Assembly: GCF_009914755.1 (NCBI RefSeq)
Contig: NC_060946.1
Reading direction: 5' to 3' (one strand)
Length of the DNA stretch: 64,000 bases
DNA from: the human T2T-CHM13v2.0 reference genome, Homo sapiens
Part shown: positions 44,353 through 63,304 of the stretch, piece after piece
How positions within the stretch are numbered: the stretch's first letter is position 1
How the letters are laid out: each line of letters starts with the position of its first letter
Notes under the pieces: model-generated
Database searches by the model: none
Told to the model about the DNA's origin: nothing
The model's input: only the letters and a program-made list of their open reading frames with translations
Made by a program: the position numbers and the translations under genes

Positions 44353-44995
44353 GAGTAGGGCCCAGGGCCCAGGCCTGAGAGAGAGGCCTGGGGCTAAGAC
44401 TAGCCCTGACCATGACCTTGGGCAAGTCACACCCCTCACTGAGCCTCAGTTTGCTTCTCCATCAAATGGGTGTTTTTCTTTCAGTCCCAGTCCTCTCCTG
44501 AGGCTTTTCCCAGAGGTCATGCCCAGCCCTGGGCAGGGGTGAGGGCAGGGTTGTGGCTGCCAGGCACAGGTCCAGCGGGCTGGGAGTCCTCACCATGGCT
44601 GGCTGTGCTGATTATGGTTGCATGGGGCTGGGAAGAGGTCCCATTTCTGAGCCACAGAAACAGGCCACATCCAGTAGGGGTCCTGGAAGGCTGTGAGAAC
44701 CCAGAGGAGACCCTGACCCAGCCTGCAGGTAGAAGACTGCCTTTGGAGGCAGCTTTGAAAGATGACTCTTCCAGATGGAAGAATCAGGAAGGGCCTTCCC
44801 ACGTGGAGGCACCAGCAGGAGCAAACGTCCCTGGTGTGTTCAGGCAAAGAGCCACAGGAGAGTGACCTCGTGGAGTGGGAAGAGATTGTTTCCCATTCCC
44901 TTGCCAGGGATTGGTTGAGGAATGGACAAGGCTTGCAGTTCACGCAAGCCAGTGAAATGCGAGGGGAAGTCTTGGGAGTGGGGTGGAGGAGGTCA

Positions 44996-45169
<174 letters not shown>

Positions 45170-45208
45170 TTAGCCAGACGTGGTGCCAAGCACCTGTAAT
45201 CCCAGCTA

Positions 45209-45385
<177 letters not shown>

Positions 45386-45749
45386 TCATCAATAGCTAAA
45401 AATGGCAAAGAAGAAAGAGCCAGGACCCCGTGCCATCAAATCCTCCGGCCTTGTGCTGCCCTGTCTCGGCACTGCTTGCCTTAGGAGATCAGGAGTGTTC
45501 CTAGCCACTGGGAGATGGGATGCCTGCCACTGGCAGCTCTGCCGTCCATCCTCACCATCCCACCGTCCCCCCAAGACAGCTCTCCATCCCATCCTCTGCC
45601 TCCCTTCTAGCCTCAACCTAACTCAGGGCTCCCCCGTCTCACACCTGGGTTGCAGGAACATCCTCTTCACCAACCCCCCTCCCATCCCTCCTCAGGGCTG
45701 CCTAGGGCAGCTACAAAAACCAGGCCAGCCTCTGAAAAGTGCTCCACAT

Positions 45750-46380
45750 CTCATTAAAAACCGTGAAATCGCACTGCCCCACTATCAGAATAGCTCAGAG
45801 GAGAAGGTCTGCCAGTACCAAGTGCTGGTGGGGATACGGAGAAGAGCAGCTCCCAGGCGCTGCTGGTGCAAATGTGCTTTGTTGCACCCACGGCAGGAAA
45901 CTGAACAGCTTCTCATCAAGTTAAATACGCATCTACCCTATGGCCTAGCATTTCCACTCTTGCTTACACATCCAGGAGAAATGAGTCCTTACATGCACAA
46001 AAGGATGAGTACCGTAATACTCACATCAGCAAATAAACAATACAGCTGTGTGTCAGTAGTAGAATGAATAAATTGTGGTCGATTCATACGTTAGAATACA
46101 GCAATTTAAAAACAACTGCTACACACAAAAATGTTGGTGAATCTTTCAGACACAATGTTGAGCAAAAATAGCCACAGAAGAGTGTAAGGCTGTACGATTT
46201 TATTTAGGTGAGGTTCAAGAACAGACAAAACACGGTGATAGTGGTCAGAAGAGCGGGTACCTCTGAGCTGAGGGCATTGACCAGCAGTGGGCAAAAGGGA
46301 ACATTCTGATCCCAGAAATGTTCTATATCATGGTCTGGGTTGTGGTCACGTGGGTACATACAGATGTAAAAATTCACCAT
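45750..46380 (+). mobile_element. Old L1 (L1ME/L1MC-type) 3' fragment
   Basis: Degenerate ORF2-end/3' UTR motifs: taccaagtgctggtgggga, aagttaaatacgcatctaccctatggcctagcatttccactc, gaatgaataaattgtgg. Confidence 0.6.
46032..46072 (+). terminator. Distal polyadenylation signals (two AATAAA) inside an old L1 fragment
   Basis: AATAAA at 46032-46037 and 46067-46072. Confidence 0.55.
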
Positions 46381-46440
46381 GCCGGCCAGGCATAATCCCA
46401 GCACTTTGGGAGGCCAAGGTAGGTGGATGACCTGAACTCA

Positions 46441-46691
<251 letters not shown>

Positions 46692-47933
46692 TCATTTTTA
46701 CTATGTGTGAATCACGTCTCAATGGTGCAGGGGGTGGGAAGAAGCCTGCTTTACAAAAGAATAAGCCAGGGTTCCAGCAGGCTCCCAGATGAGCCACCTG
46801 GGAAATGGCCCTGTCACCGCGGCCGCAGGGAATTTGACCAAAACCACGTGGTTTGGCTGCAAGTTCTGGTCAACTGCTTCAGGCAGCCAGGCATGTGCTC
46901 TGTAAAGAAAACAAACTGGTTTCAGATGAACCTGCCAGGTCAAACCCTACCTGCTGCCTCCAGCTGGCTAGGTGAGCCTTACTGAGTCACATCTCTCTCT
47001 GGGCTTTACTTCCTCTTCTGATAAATGGGAACAATAACGTCTACCCCAGAGGACTGTGTAGGTGTTAAATTACCAACTGTTTCAGTTATCTATTGCTGTG
47101 TCGCCAACAACCACATATGTAATGGCCTAGAATACCACTTTTTAAATATTCATGGTCCTGTGGGTTGACCTGGCTCAACCTCTTTGTGTCTTTTTTTGAG
47201 ATAAAGTCCCGCTCTGCCGCCCAGGCTGGAGTGCAGTGGTGTGATCTCGGCTCACTGCAACCTCTGCCTCCTGGCTTCAAGTGATTTCCTGCCTCAGCCT
47301 CCCAAGTAGCTGGGATTACAGGTGCCCGCCACCACGCCCAGCTAATTATTTATGTTTTTAGTAGAAATGGGGTTTCACCACATTAGCCAGGCTGGTCTCA
47401 AACTCCTGACCTCAAGTAATCCACCCACCTTGGCCTCCCAAAGTGCTGGGATTACAGGCGTGAGCCACCGTGCCCGGCCTGGACATCTTTCTCCACATGG
47501 CCACTTCACGGGGCTAGCTTGGGCTCCTTACAGCATAGTGGACTTGGGACAATCTGACTTCCTACATTGTGGTTGACTTCCCCCTAGAAGAGGAGTTCTG
47601 GCCAGGTACAGTGGCTCACGACTGTATATCCAGCACTTCAGGAGCCCGAGGCAGGAGGATCACTTGAGGCCAAGAGTTAGTTCGAGACTAGCCTGGGCAA
47701 CACAGCAAAACCTCGTATCTACAAGAAATTAAAAAAACAAAAAAACAATAGCCAAGCAGCCCGGGTGAGGTGGCTCACACCTGTAATCCCAGCACTTTGG
47801 GAGGCCGAGGCAGGCAGATCACCTGAGGTCAGGAGTTCGAGACCAACCTGACCAACATGGAGAAACCCCATCTCTACTAAAAATACAAAATTAACCAGGC
47901 ATGGTGGCATGCACCTGTAATCCCAGCTACTCA

Positions 47934-48083
<150 letters not shown>

Positions 48084-48485
48084 CTACTTGGGAGGCTGAG
48101 GCAGGATGATTGCTTGAGCCCACGAGTTGGAGGTTGCAGTGAACTGTGATTGCTGCCACCGCACTCCAGCCTGGGCAACAGAGTGAGACCCATCTCTAAA
48201 AAAATAAAAACAATAAAAAGTAAAGGGAGCCTCAACAGCCCCAAGTGGAACCTACGAGCTTCTTATGAATTTGGCTTGGAGGTGCTGCAGCATCCCTTCC
48301 ATCACTTTAGTCAAAAATGAGTCGCACAGCCAGCCCAGGTCCAATGGGAGAGGCGGCAGCAGGGCCTGAGCGCCGGAGGTGTGGTTCACTGGCAGCCATC
48401 TTTTTCCTCTGTTTCTGCTTCAGCTACACCCCAGCTCCTCTTTAGTCCCCTATGTGGAATTCTCATTTTCTTCCCAGCCCTCTGA

Positions 48486-48848
<363 letters not shown>

Positions 48849-50092
48849 TGATCTCTCATCCTTGGCTTTTGTTACTGTCTGTGCTAACCATCCACATCTG
48901 TCTCCAGCCCAGACCTTTTCCATGAACTCCTAAGACCTGGTCAGCCTCAGTCTTAAGGCTGCCATCAAGGCCCTGTCCTCCCTGCAGCCCGTTCCTGTTC
49001 AGTGTATTCTGCCTCGTGAGTCAGCCTCTGGAGTAGGCCCCGGGGATGCAACATGGAACCAAGCATTCTCCCTTCAGGAGGGAGGTGAAATTGGAATCAG
49101 GTGATTAATTACAAGAAGCCACAGCACAGAGGGTGTAGCAGGCCCAGCCTGGAAGGTCAGGGGAGGCTTCTTGGAAGAGGAGATGCTGGAACCGAGCAGG
49201 ATAGAGCTAGGCTGAGAGGGGGAGAGAGTGCCAGGTCCAGTGAGCGTCAGAAGCTCAGCAGAGTTCAAAGGCTCTGAAATGGCTGCAGCTTGTGTGTAGA
49301 GGGATCCGAGATGAGCCTGCGGGGACAGGCTGGAGCTGGAATCTGATTTTGCAAGGACAGTGGGGGTCATGTGTCCAAGCTCTAGCTTTGTGCTTAACCC
49401 AGTGGGAGGCTATTGGGGAATTTTATGTGAGCAGTGCCTTGGCTCAGAACAGCGATCTTGGTCATCCTCAGCACATGGGAGCTATGGAAGGCCCTAAGTT
49501 GACCTAGGGTTTGGTGCAGTGGGAGAGAAGAACAGAGGATGAAACCCCGAGGAAGGGCAGAAGCCCGTAAAGCAACTGAGAGGTTCCCAGCAGCCCAAGC
49601 GAGCGAATGTTTCAGAGTGATGGAGCGGGAAGCGCCCAGGCTCTGGTGTCAGATGGCCCTCCGTCCGTCCCCCTGCTCTCAGCTCTGCAACCCGGGCAAG
49701 TTACATGACCTCTCTGTGCCTCCGTTTCCTCATCTGTAAAACAGGGATAGTAGTACCTCCCTCCCAGAAGTATTATGAAGATGAGAAATGCGCTCATGTG
49801 TATGAAGTGCTGAGAGGGTGCCTGGGACTGAGTTAACAAGGTACATGTGAGCTGTTAAGACTATTGTGATGTGCTGCTGTTTGGGTGTTGTGAGGATTGG
49901 ATGAAAAGGTGCATGTTGCCAGACGCGGTGGTTCACGCCTGTAATCCCAGCACTTTGGGAGGAAGATGCAGGTGGACCACCTGAGGCCAGGAGTTCGAGA
50001 CCAGCCTGGCCAACGTGGTGAAACCCCGTCTCTACTAAAAACACAAAACCTAGCCAGGTGTGGTGGCGCACGCCCGTGATCCCAGCAACTCA

Positions 50093-50487
<395 letters not shown>

Positions 50488-50643
50488 TAGTAGAGACAGT
50501 GTTTCACCGTGTTAGCCAGGATGCTCTCAATCTGACCTCGTGATCCGCCCGCCTCGGCCTCCCAAAGTGCTGGGATTACCGGCGTGAGCCACCGCGCCCA
50601 GCCTAGAGCTGCTTTATTTTTATTTTATTTTAATTTTTTTTGA

Positions 50644-50901
<258 letters not shown>

Positions 50902-53125
50902 TGAGCCACGGCGCCTGGTCTGGAGCTGCTTTAGTATTAGTTGGATGTTGCTGCCCTCAAGGTCCCCAGGAGATCCGGCTCCAGTTGGCCAAGCCCCAGT
51001 TCCATGGCCTGTGAGAATCCCGACCCGTCCCTCCTAGGTTGGCAGGTGCCCACAGGTCACTTTTCAGAGCTTCCTTTCTGTTGGGGTTGGGGAAGATGTG
51101 CTGCGAGGCACAGAGCCAGGCCCTCTGGTGGTTCCACAGTAGATCCGCTGGCAGAATTGTGCTAGGAAAGAGCTCTCAACATCTTGCCCCAGCACCACCC
51201 AGACCCCCAGCAGGTCAAGGGCACCTGGCAGTCCAGGAGGGTTTGACCTGGCCACTGGGTCCTGCCCGACTTCCCCTACCCCCACCAAGCCCTGGCTGGT
51301 TCCCCTTCCCTCTCTCGGCCGCTGCTGTTCCTGGGCCCCATGCCCCTGCCCTGCTTGCCTCCTCCCTCATTCCCAGACAGGTTTTCCCTCCTGTCCAATC
51401 CACACACCCACAGCGGGGGATTTCTAAAACTGGGAGCGGCCATGTTGCTCCCCTCTGTGAATCTCTGCCCTGACTCCCTGTTCCCTTGGGATGGGGTTCT
51501 GGCATGCAAGCCCCTCTGTCTGCCGTGGTCTCCTTTCTCTACCCCTTTGGATCCGCTAGGCTCCAGGCTTCCACTGCACGGAGCAGTAGCGCACTCTTCC
51601 ATCCTCACTGCCGTCCCCCTGCATGCACTTTCCACTCCCAGCCCCTCCCCGGCAGACCCCCTAAGACTCAGGACTCAGATCAGTCATCATCTGCCACCTC
51701 CAGGAAGCCCCCCAAGATCCCCTAGATGGGGATGGAAGCCTGCTCTGGATCCCACAGTACTTGGAACTTGACATGTTTTTTCCTTATGGCTCCCCCAGAC
51801 TGTGAGCCCCCTGAGGCCAGGGACCAGCTCTGAATCGCTTCTGTGTCCCCACTGCCCAGTACAGAGCACTGGTGTCTGTCTCCGAGGGATGAGTGTTTGT
51901 TGATTGACGGACTGACTGACTGGAAGTGAATGACCACTGAGTCAGTCACCCTCAAGGCAGGAAATAGCCACAGCCTCAGCTCCACACCAAATGGCAAGGG
52001 ACCAGATGTCCCCATAAACCCACTGGGAAGCCCGGCAGCCGTCCTGAAGGGCTGGAGGCTAATGGAGGTTTCCGGTACACGAAAGGGCCAGGATTTAACT
52101 GTGAGTCACCCTTGTCATCCCGGCGTCCCACAGTACTTTACGAGGGGACTTGACTTTGATGGAGCTTCCGCCACGAGCAAACATGATGAACGGCAAACCT
52201 TTAATGCTCGCAACAACACCTTGAAGTACTTATTGCTCTCCCCTTGTTATAGGAGGAAACTGAGGCTCAGAGAAGGACATGACTTACCCAAGGTCAATAA
52301 TTTAGTGACTCACATCCGAGCAGGTCTGACTCTAGAGCCCAAATCCCCTCCCTACCTAGGGTGCCTCCCTAAAAGTCACGAAGCCTTTTTTTTTTTTGCT
52401 GAGCACTTACTGTGGGCTGGACCCTGGAACAAACATTTTCACTCACAAGCTCCTTTAATTCCCAGAACAGCCTGATGAGGGAGGTAGCACAGTTGTCCCC
52501 GGTAGGGGGCCGGGACTCAGCAGCACAATGAGGTGACGGCCAGGTCAGTTGGTCTCACAGCCCAGGTGGCCTCCTGAGCTGACCCAGGTCTTCTCATTGG
52601 AGGCTGCCTGGGGACCAGGTGCCTTGGTTCCCCCTGCTTGTGGTAGGCATTGGGGGAGGTCTGGGTGTACCTTGGTGAGGCTGACTTGAATGAGCCTCAT
52701 GTGGAGGCCACATGAGGAGGCCTCAATGTGGAGCCACTTCCACACTGCTGCCTCAGTTTCCTAGTAAAGCAGGGCAACAGCTTATTCCCAAAGGGCCCAG
52801 AAAGGCTAGATCCCCCTGCAAAGGGCAGGAGGCGTTTCGGGGTGCCTGTGTGATTGGCTGGCCCTTGCCCTGTCACCACCCCGCAGCTCCACCTTCATCG
52901 CCTGCGTCCCGGGGACTGCCAACCGCGCTTTCTTTCCAGAGCCCCTGAGCTCTTGCATGGGCTGCTCCCAGCCCCTCCCTAGCTCTGGCCATCTTGGCCC
53001 CAGTTGGTCTCCCCGCCATGAGCTCCCTTGTGGCTTCTCAAGGCCAAGACTCAACCAGGCCGGCGGAGTGGGAGGAACCTGCTTCTTCAAGTTGGTCACC
53101 TGGCTTGGCCATCCACTGGCCCTGG

Positions 53126-53613
53126 GACCTTGACTGTGGCATTTCCAGAGCCACATCCCAGATGCTCCCATGTGGCTGTGTCCACTCTCGGGTGGGGCAG
53201 CTGACTGCACTGGCCAAATGTGTCTGAAAGGTGACAGATGGTGGACTTGCCCCACCAGCAGTGTGACATGGATGCACTGATGTGGGGGTGGGAGGCGCTA
53301 CAGGGAGAACTTCACAGGGGCCTGGCTGGCCCTGACCCTTTGGACTCCAGCAGATTCTCACCATCTCCTGAGGAAGACAGGTTTATAGGTGTCCCTGGCC
53401 CCCACCCCAGAGTGTCCCCACAACCCAACTCCAATCTCATGCAGTCTCTCCCCTCTTCACTCATTCAGTTGCTGAAAGTCTGTGTCATCTACTAGCTGTG
53501 ACCTCAACTGTGGCATCTCCAGAGCCACATTCCAGCTGCTCCCACGTGGCTGTGTCCTCACTCAAGAGCAGGACAGCTGGCTGCACTGGCCAAGTGTGTC
53601 TGAAAGTTGACAG
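53126..53613. repeat. Direct repeat of about 113 bp, two copies (53126-53237, 53500-53613), about 86% identical
   Basis: Manual alignment: about 14 substitutions and one 2-nt indel; not recognised as a known repeat family. Confidence 0.9.
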
Positions 53614-53705
53614 GAACATTCATTCCAGCATTAGAAGGAAGTGGGCCAGGTGTGGTGGCTCACACCTGTAATCCCAGTACTTTGGGAGGCCGAGACGGGG
53701 GATCA

Positions 53706-54155
<450 letters not shown>

Positions 54156-55051
54156 TCAGTGTTAAATGCTTTCATATGTTCTGCACTATTTCCCATGTGC
54201 ATGTGATATTTATTCCAAAATAAAGTTTTAAAAAATACTAAAATAGTCCTGAACGGAGCATGGTAGGGGAGTGGCAGGGCTGGCACCAAACTCAGGGCTC
54301 ACTGTCTGGCTCTGCCACACACCTGCTTCAATCAATGATCTTCCCTGGAAATTCACTTCCTCACCTGAGATGAGATGAAGAAATGGGATTAAGTGAGGCC
54401 CTGAGCGTGGCCAGGCCCACTGAGTCTGAGTAGCAGCTGTTATTCCTGTTAATATCCTGGTCAAGCCTGTTCCAGGCACCTGAGTGACACAGACATGAAG
54501 GGACACGCCCTGTCCCTGCGCTCACCCTGCAAGGGCAAGGGGAGAGACAGCAACACCAGGGAGAGCTGATGCAACTGACCCGGTGCAACTAACTCGGCCA
54601 GAGGAGCCAGGGAAGGCTGCACAGGACAGGTGATGCCTGCACCGAGGCTTCAAAGATAAATAGGTGTAATCGGGGGACCAAAGGAGAGAGGGTGCTCCAG
54701 GCTGGGGAAGCAGAGCCTGCCAAGACTGTAAAAAACTCATGCTGGGCACACCCACGTCCACAGCATGTAAACAGAGCCATATATGCACTCATGAACACCT
54801 GTGCTCACAGCTGCCCCATTCTATACACTCCTGCTCACATACACAGCCCATGTGCATGCCTGTATATGCCCCCCATGTGCACAGCAGACCGCCTGCCGGT
54901 TACCTGTGTGACCCACTTATGTCTCTCAACCTCTCTGGGCCTCAGTTCGCTCACCTCTTACATGTGGAAAATGACAGGGACATGGTGAGTGTTATATGAG
55001 ACAGTACCTGTGGAGCACTAAGGGCAATGTCCAGTAAATGTTCGCTGTATG

Positions 55052-55413
<362 letters not shown>

Positions 55414-55543
55414 TGAGACCAGCCTGGCCAACATGGTGAAACCCCACCTCTACTAAAAATACAAAAAATTAGCCGTGCGTGGTGGTGGGCACGTGTAATC
55501 CCAGCTACTAGGGAAGCTGAGGCAGGAGAATCACTTGAACTCA

Positions 55544-55666
<123 letters not shown>

Positions 55667-55671
55667 TTACA

Positions 55672-57249
55672 GTCCCAGTCCCAGTCCCTCTCCCTCTCCC
55701 TCTCGGCCTCCCTCTCCCTCTCGGCCTCCCTCTCCCTCTCGGTCTCCCTCTCCCTCTCGGTCTCCCTCTCCCTCTCTTTCCACGGTCTCCCTCTGATGCC
55801 GAGCCAAAGCTGGACGGTACTGCTGCCATCTCGGCTCACTGCAACCTCCCTGCCTGATTCTCCTGCCTCAGCCTGCCGAGTGCCTGCGATTGCAGGCGCG
55901 CGCCGCCACGCCTGACTGGTTTTCGTATTTTTTTGGTGGAGACGGGGTTTCGCTGTGTTGGCCGGGCTGGTCTCCAGCTCCTAACCGCGAGTGATCCGCC
56001 AGCCTCGGCCTCCCGAGGTGCCGGGATTGCAGACGGAGTCTCGTTCACTCAGTGCTCAATGGTGTCCAGGCTGGAGTGCAGTGGCGTGATCTCGGCTCTC
56101 TACAACCTCCAACTCCCAGCCGCCTGCCTTGGCCTCCCAAAGTGCCGAGAGTGCAGCCTCTGCCTGGCCGCCCATCGTCTGGGACGTGAGGAGCCCCTCT
56201 GCCTGGCTGCCCAGTCTGGAAAGTGAGGAGCGTCTCTGCCTGGCCGCCATCCCATCTGGGAAGTGAGGAGCGCCTCTTCCCGGCCGCCATCCCATCTAGG
56301 AAGTGAGGAGCGTCTCTGCCCGGCCGCCCATCGTCTGCGATGTGGGGAGCGCCTCTGCCCCAACGCCCCGTCTGGGATGTGAGGAGCGCCTCTGCCCGGC
56401 CACGACCCCGTCTGGGAGGTGAGGAGCGTCTCTGCCCAGCCGCCCCATCTGAGAAGTGAGGAGACCCTCCGCCCGGCAGCCGCCCCGTCCGGGAGGGAGG
56501 TGGGGGTCAGCCCCCCGCCCGGCCAGCCGCCTCGTCCGGGAGGTGAGGGGCACCTCTGCCCGGCCGCCCCTACTGGGAAGTGAGGAGCCCCTCTGCCCGG
56601 CCAGCCGCCCCGTCCGGGAGGGAGGTGGGGGGGTCAGCCCCCCGCCCGGCCAGCCGCCCCGTCCGGGAGGTGAGGGGCGCCTCTGCCCAGCCGCCCCTAC
56701 TGGGAAGTGAGGAGCCCCTCTGCCCGGCCAGCACCCCGTCTGGGAGGTGTACCCAACAGCTCATTGAGAACGGGCCATGATGACAATGGCGGTTTTGTGG
56801 AATAGAAAGGGGGGAAAGGTGGGGAAAAGATTGAGAAATCGGATGGTTGCTGTGTCTGTGTAGAAAGAAGTAGACAGGGGAGACTTTTCATTTTGTTCTG
56901 TACTAAGAAAAATTCTTCTGCCTTGGGATCCTGTTGATCTGTGACCTTACCCCAAACCCTGTGCTCTCTGAAACATGTGCTGTGTCCACTCAGGGTTAAA
57001 TGGATTAAGGGCGGTCCAAGATGTGCTTTGTTAAACAGATGCTTGAAGGCAGCATGCTCGTTAAGAGTCATCACCACTCCCTAATCTCAAGTACCCAGGG
57101 ACACAAACACTGCGGAAGGCCAAAGGGTCCTCTGTCTAGGAAAACCAGAGACCCTTGTTCACATGTTTATCTGCTGACCTTCCCTCCACTATTGTCCTAT
57201 GACCCTGCCAAATCCCCCTCTGCGAGAAACACCCAAGAATGATCAATTA
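55672..57249 (+). mobile_element. Full-length SVA retrotransposon (SVA_D-like), about 1.58 kb
   Basis: CCCTCT hexamers, antisense Alu-like region, GC-rich VNTR (about 56150-56750), SINE-R ending gaatgatcaattaaaa; TSD A9TTACA at 55658-55671 and 57250-57263. Confidence 0.95.
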
Positions 57250-57499
57250 AAAAAAAAATTACAAAAATTAGCCAGGCATGGTGGCTTGTAGTCCCAGCTA
57301 CTCGGGAGGCTGAGGTGGGAGGATCACCTGAATCAGGGGAGGTTGAGGCTGTGGCGAGCTATGACTGCACCACTGCACTCCAGCCTGGGAGACACAGTGA
57401 GACCCTGTCTCAAAAAAAGAAAAAAAGTTTTTGGCCTGCCGGGTGTGGTGGCTCACACCTGTAATCCCAGCACTTTGGGAGGCTGAGGCGGGCGGATCA

Positions 57500-57771
<272 letters not shown>

Positions 57772-58261
57772 CTACATTTTAAAAACTTAGGGCTCCGAGG
57801 TCAGGAGATCGAGACCATCCTGGCTAACACGGTGAAACCCCGTCTCTACTAAAAATACAAAAAAAAATTAGCCTGGCGTGATGGCGGGTGCCTGTAGTCC
57901 CAGCTACTTGGGAGGCTGAGGGAGGAGAATGGCGTGAACTCGGGAACAGAGGTTGCGGTGAGCCGAGATCACGCCACTGCACTCCAGCCTGGGCGACAGA
58001 GCGAGACTCTGTCTCAAAAAAAAAAAAAAAAAAAAAAAGTAGAGCTGAAGCCTAGGCAATATAGTGAGACCCTGTCTCCACAAAAAAAAAAAAAAAAAAA
58101 AAAATAGAAAAAATTAGCTGGGTATGGTGGCAGGCCTGTGGTTCCACGTACTGGGGAGGCTGAGGTGGGAGGACTGTTTGAGCCTGGGAAGTTGAAGCTG
58201 CAGTGAGTCGTGATTGTGCCACTGCACTCCAGCCTGGGCAACACAGAGAGACCTTGTTTCA

Positions 58262-58750
<489 letters not shown>

Positions 58751-59353
58751 TCAAACTTGGCCGGGCGTGGTGGCTTACGCCTGTAATCCCAGCACTTTGG
58801 GAGGCCGAGGCAGGTGGATCATGAGGTCAGGAGATCGAGACCATCCTGGCTAACAGGGTGAAACCCTGTCTCTACTAAAAATACAAAAAATTAGCTGGGC
58901 ATGGTGGCGGGCACCTGTAGTCCCAGCTACTCAGGAAACTGAGGCAGGAGAATGGCGTGAACCCGGGAGGTGGAGCTTGCACGGAGCCGAGATCGCACCA
59001 CTGCACTCTAGCCTGGGCGACAGAGCGAAACTCTGTCTCAAAAAAAAAAAAAAAGAGTGAAACTCCGTCTCAAAAAAATAATTAATTACAAATAAATTTT
59101 TAAAAATTAAACAGTAAAAACTCAAGTAAAGTCACGTGGAACTGCCAATCAAAGCTTTGGATCAGTGGAAGAAAATCCATTGCTCCCACACTGAATGGAT
59201 ATAAAGCTTAGCCAAAAACAAAGATACTTAACATGGTCATGAACCTCTGCTGCCTTGTTTTGGGTAAACACGTCATTTCTGTCCAGGTGTCTGAAATACC
59301 AAGGATGATACAGCTAATACTTAACTGCTAATACTAAAACAGCTAATACTTAA

Positions 59354-59658
<305 letters not shown>

Positions 59659-60156
59659 TGAGCCACTATGCCCGGCCTGTGTCAGGAACTTCTAAGTGAG
59701 ATATATAATGATATATAACTCATATGATATCTATCATTTGCTACATACAGAGTATGTACACACGTATGTATTTATAACATACATATCCATTTAGTCCTCA
59801 AGAAAACTCTATCAGGCAAATGCCATTATTATCGCCAATTACTATAATGCCCAGGGGAGGAAACTGAGGCACAGAAGGGTCATTATTATTTTTGCCAAGA
59901 CCCTCATACTTATGACTTGGAAGGGCTGGGATTTGAAACCATACAACCTGGACCTCCAGTACTTGGGCCTCACCACTATGCTAGACTTTGGGACTTCTAG
60001 CAGATAGAAGAAGTCCATCCAAACCTTCAGTTTACAAGGTCACCCACATGGCCCAGAGAGGATTAGCAAATGCCCTCAGGTCACACAGCAGATTTGGGTG
60101 CTTCTCCTACCAGCCCACATTGCCTCCTAAGGTATGTTTAACATCTTTAATGTCTA

Positions 60157-60537
<381 letters not shown>

Positions 60538-61894
60538 TTATCCGAGCATGATGGCAGGTGAAACCCCCGTCTCTACGAAAAATACAAAAAATTAGCCAGG
60601 CGTGGTGGCGCGTGCCTGTAAGTCCTAACTACTCGGCAGGCAAAGGTGGGAGAATCTCCTGAGCCAGGGAGATAGAGGCTGCAGTGAGCCAAGCCACTGC
60701 ACTCCAGTCTGGGCAACTGGAGTGAGAGAGACCCTGTCTCAAAAAAAAAAAAAAAAAAAAGTAATACACATGGCCAGCCGCAGTGGCTCACGCCTGTAAT
60801 CCCAGCACTTTGGGAGGCCGAGGCTGGCAGATCACCTGAGGTCAGGAGTTCAACACCAGCCTGGCCAACATGGTGAAACCCCTCTCTACTAAAAATACAA
60901 AAATTAGCCAGGCGTGGTGGCAAGTAGTGCCTGTAATCCCAGCTACTTGGGAGGCTGAGGCACGAGAATCACTTGAACCAGGAGGCGGAGGTTGCAGTGA
61001 GCCGAGATCGTGCCACTGCACTCCAGCCTGGGCGACAGAGTGAGACGCAGTCTCAAAAAAAAAAAAAAAAAAAAGACACGCTTATTGTTTATAAACTAAA
61101 ACAGTATAGAAGTGTATAAACTAGGCTGGGCGCGGTGGCTCACGCTTGTAATCTCAGCACTTTGGGAGGCCGAGGCAGGCGGATCACGAGGTCAGGAGAT
61201 CGAGACCACGGTGAAACCCTGTCTCTACTAAAAATACAAAAAATTAGCCGGGCGTGGTGGTGGGCGCCTGTAGTCCCAGCTACTCGGAGAGGTTGAGGCA
61301 GGAGAACGGCGTGAACCCGGGAGGCGGAGCTTGCAGTGAGCCGAGATTGCGCCACTGCACTCCAGCCTGGGCGACAGAGTAAGACTCTGTCTCAAAAAAA
61401 AAACAAAAAAAAAAACAAACAAACAAACAAAAAGAAGTGTATAAAGTAAAAAATAACAGTGCACTGTGACCCAAATCCATTTCTCAGAGAAAATCATTAC
61501 TATGAACATGGAGTGTCCACACATGTACACGCACTCACGGGCCACTTCACCAGCTTGGAGAACAACCCTAGCCACAGTGCTTGCGGTTGCTTTTTTAACC
61601 AATCTCTCCTGCATCCTCATTCATTTATTGTTAAGAAGCCCAGCATCTCCCTCTTGAGGTCTCTTCCAGAATAGTCTGGGAATCCCAAGGACTCACTCTG
61701 TCCAAAGAAGGCCAGTCCTACTCTGCAAGGCCTAGTGGTGCACTGCGTGGGCCCCGAGGCAGTCCTCTCAGTTCACTCCAGGAGCTCAGCTCCCTGAAAG
61801 GAAAATGATGCCAAGCCAGGCGCAGTGGCTCACACCTTTAATCTTAGCAATTTGGGAGGCTGAGGCAGGTGGATCACTTGAGGTCAGAAGTTCA

Positions 61895-62486
<592 letters not shown>

Positions 62487-62773
62487 CTAATCCTATCAGG
62501 AGAGAGGAACTGGGGCCCAATCTCATTTCTCTTGGCGGTCCCCAGACTAGCCACAAATTTGCCCACCTCCTGCCAGGTTAAGAGAAAGGCAGTTTTGAGA
62601 GTTGATTAAGAGCATGGAGTTTCCTGTAATCCCAGAACTTTGGGAGGCCAAGCTGGGAGGACCACTTGAGGCCAGGAGTTCAAGACCAGCCTGGGCAATA
62701 TAGTGAGGCCCCATCTCTACAGAAATTTTAAAAATTAGCTGAACGTGGTGATGCGCACCTGTGGTCCCAGCTA

Positions 62774-63304
<531 letters not shown>

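Noticed and set aside
45402-46067. 221-aa ATG ORF in the extended 3' UTR
   Set aside because: Second half is decayed L1 sequence and the rest has no recognisable domain
52695-52717. Perfect 10-bp hairpin cctcatgtgg-agg-ccacatgagg
   Set aside because: Too short for a pre-miRNA and plausible by chance in 64 kb
56150-56750. Repeat array superficially like CRISPR
   Set aside because: It is the SVA VNTR, with no unique spacers, in a human locus
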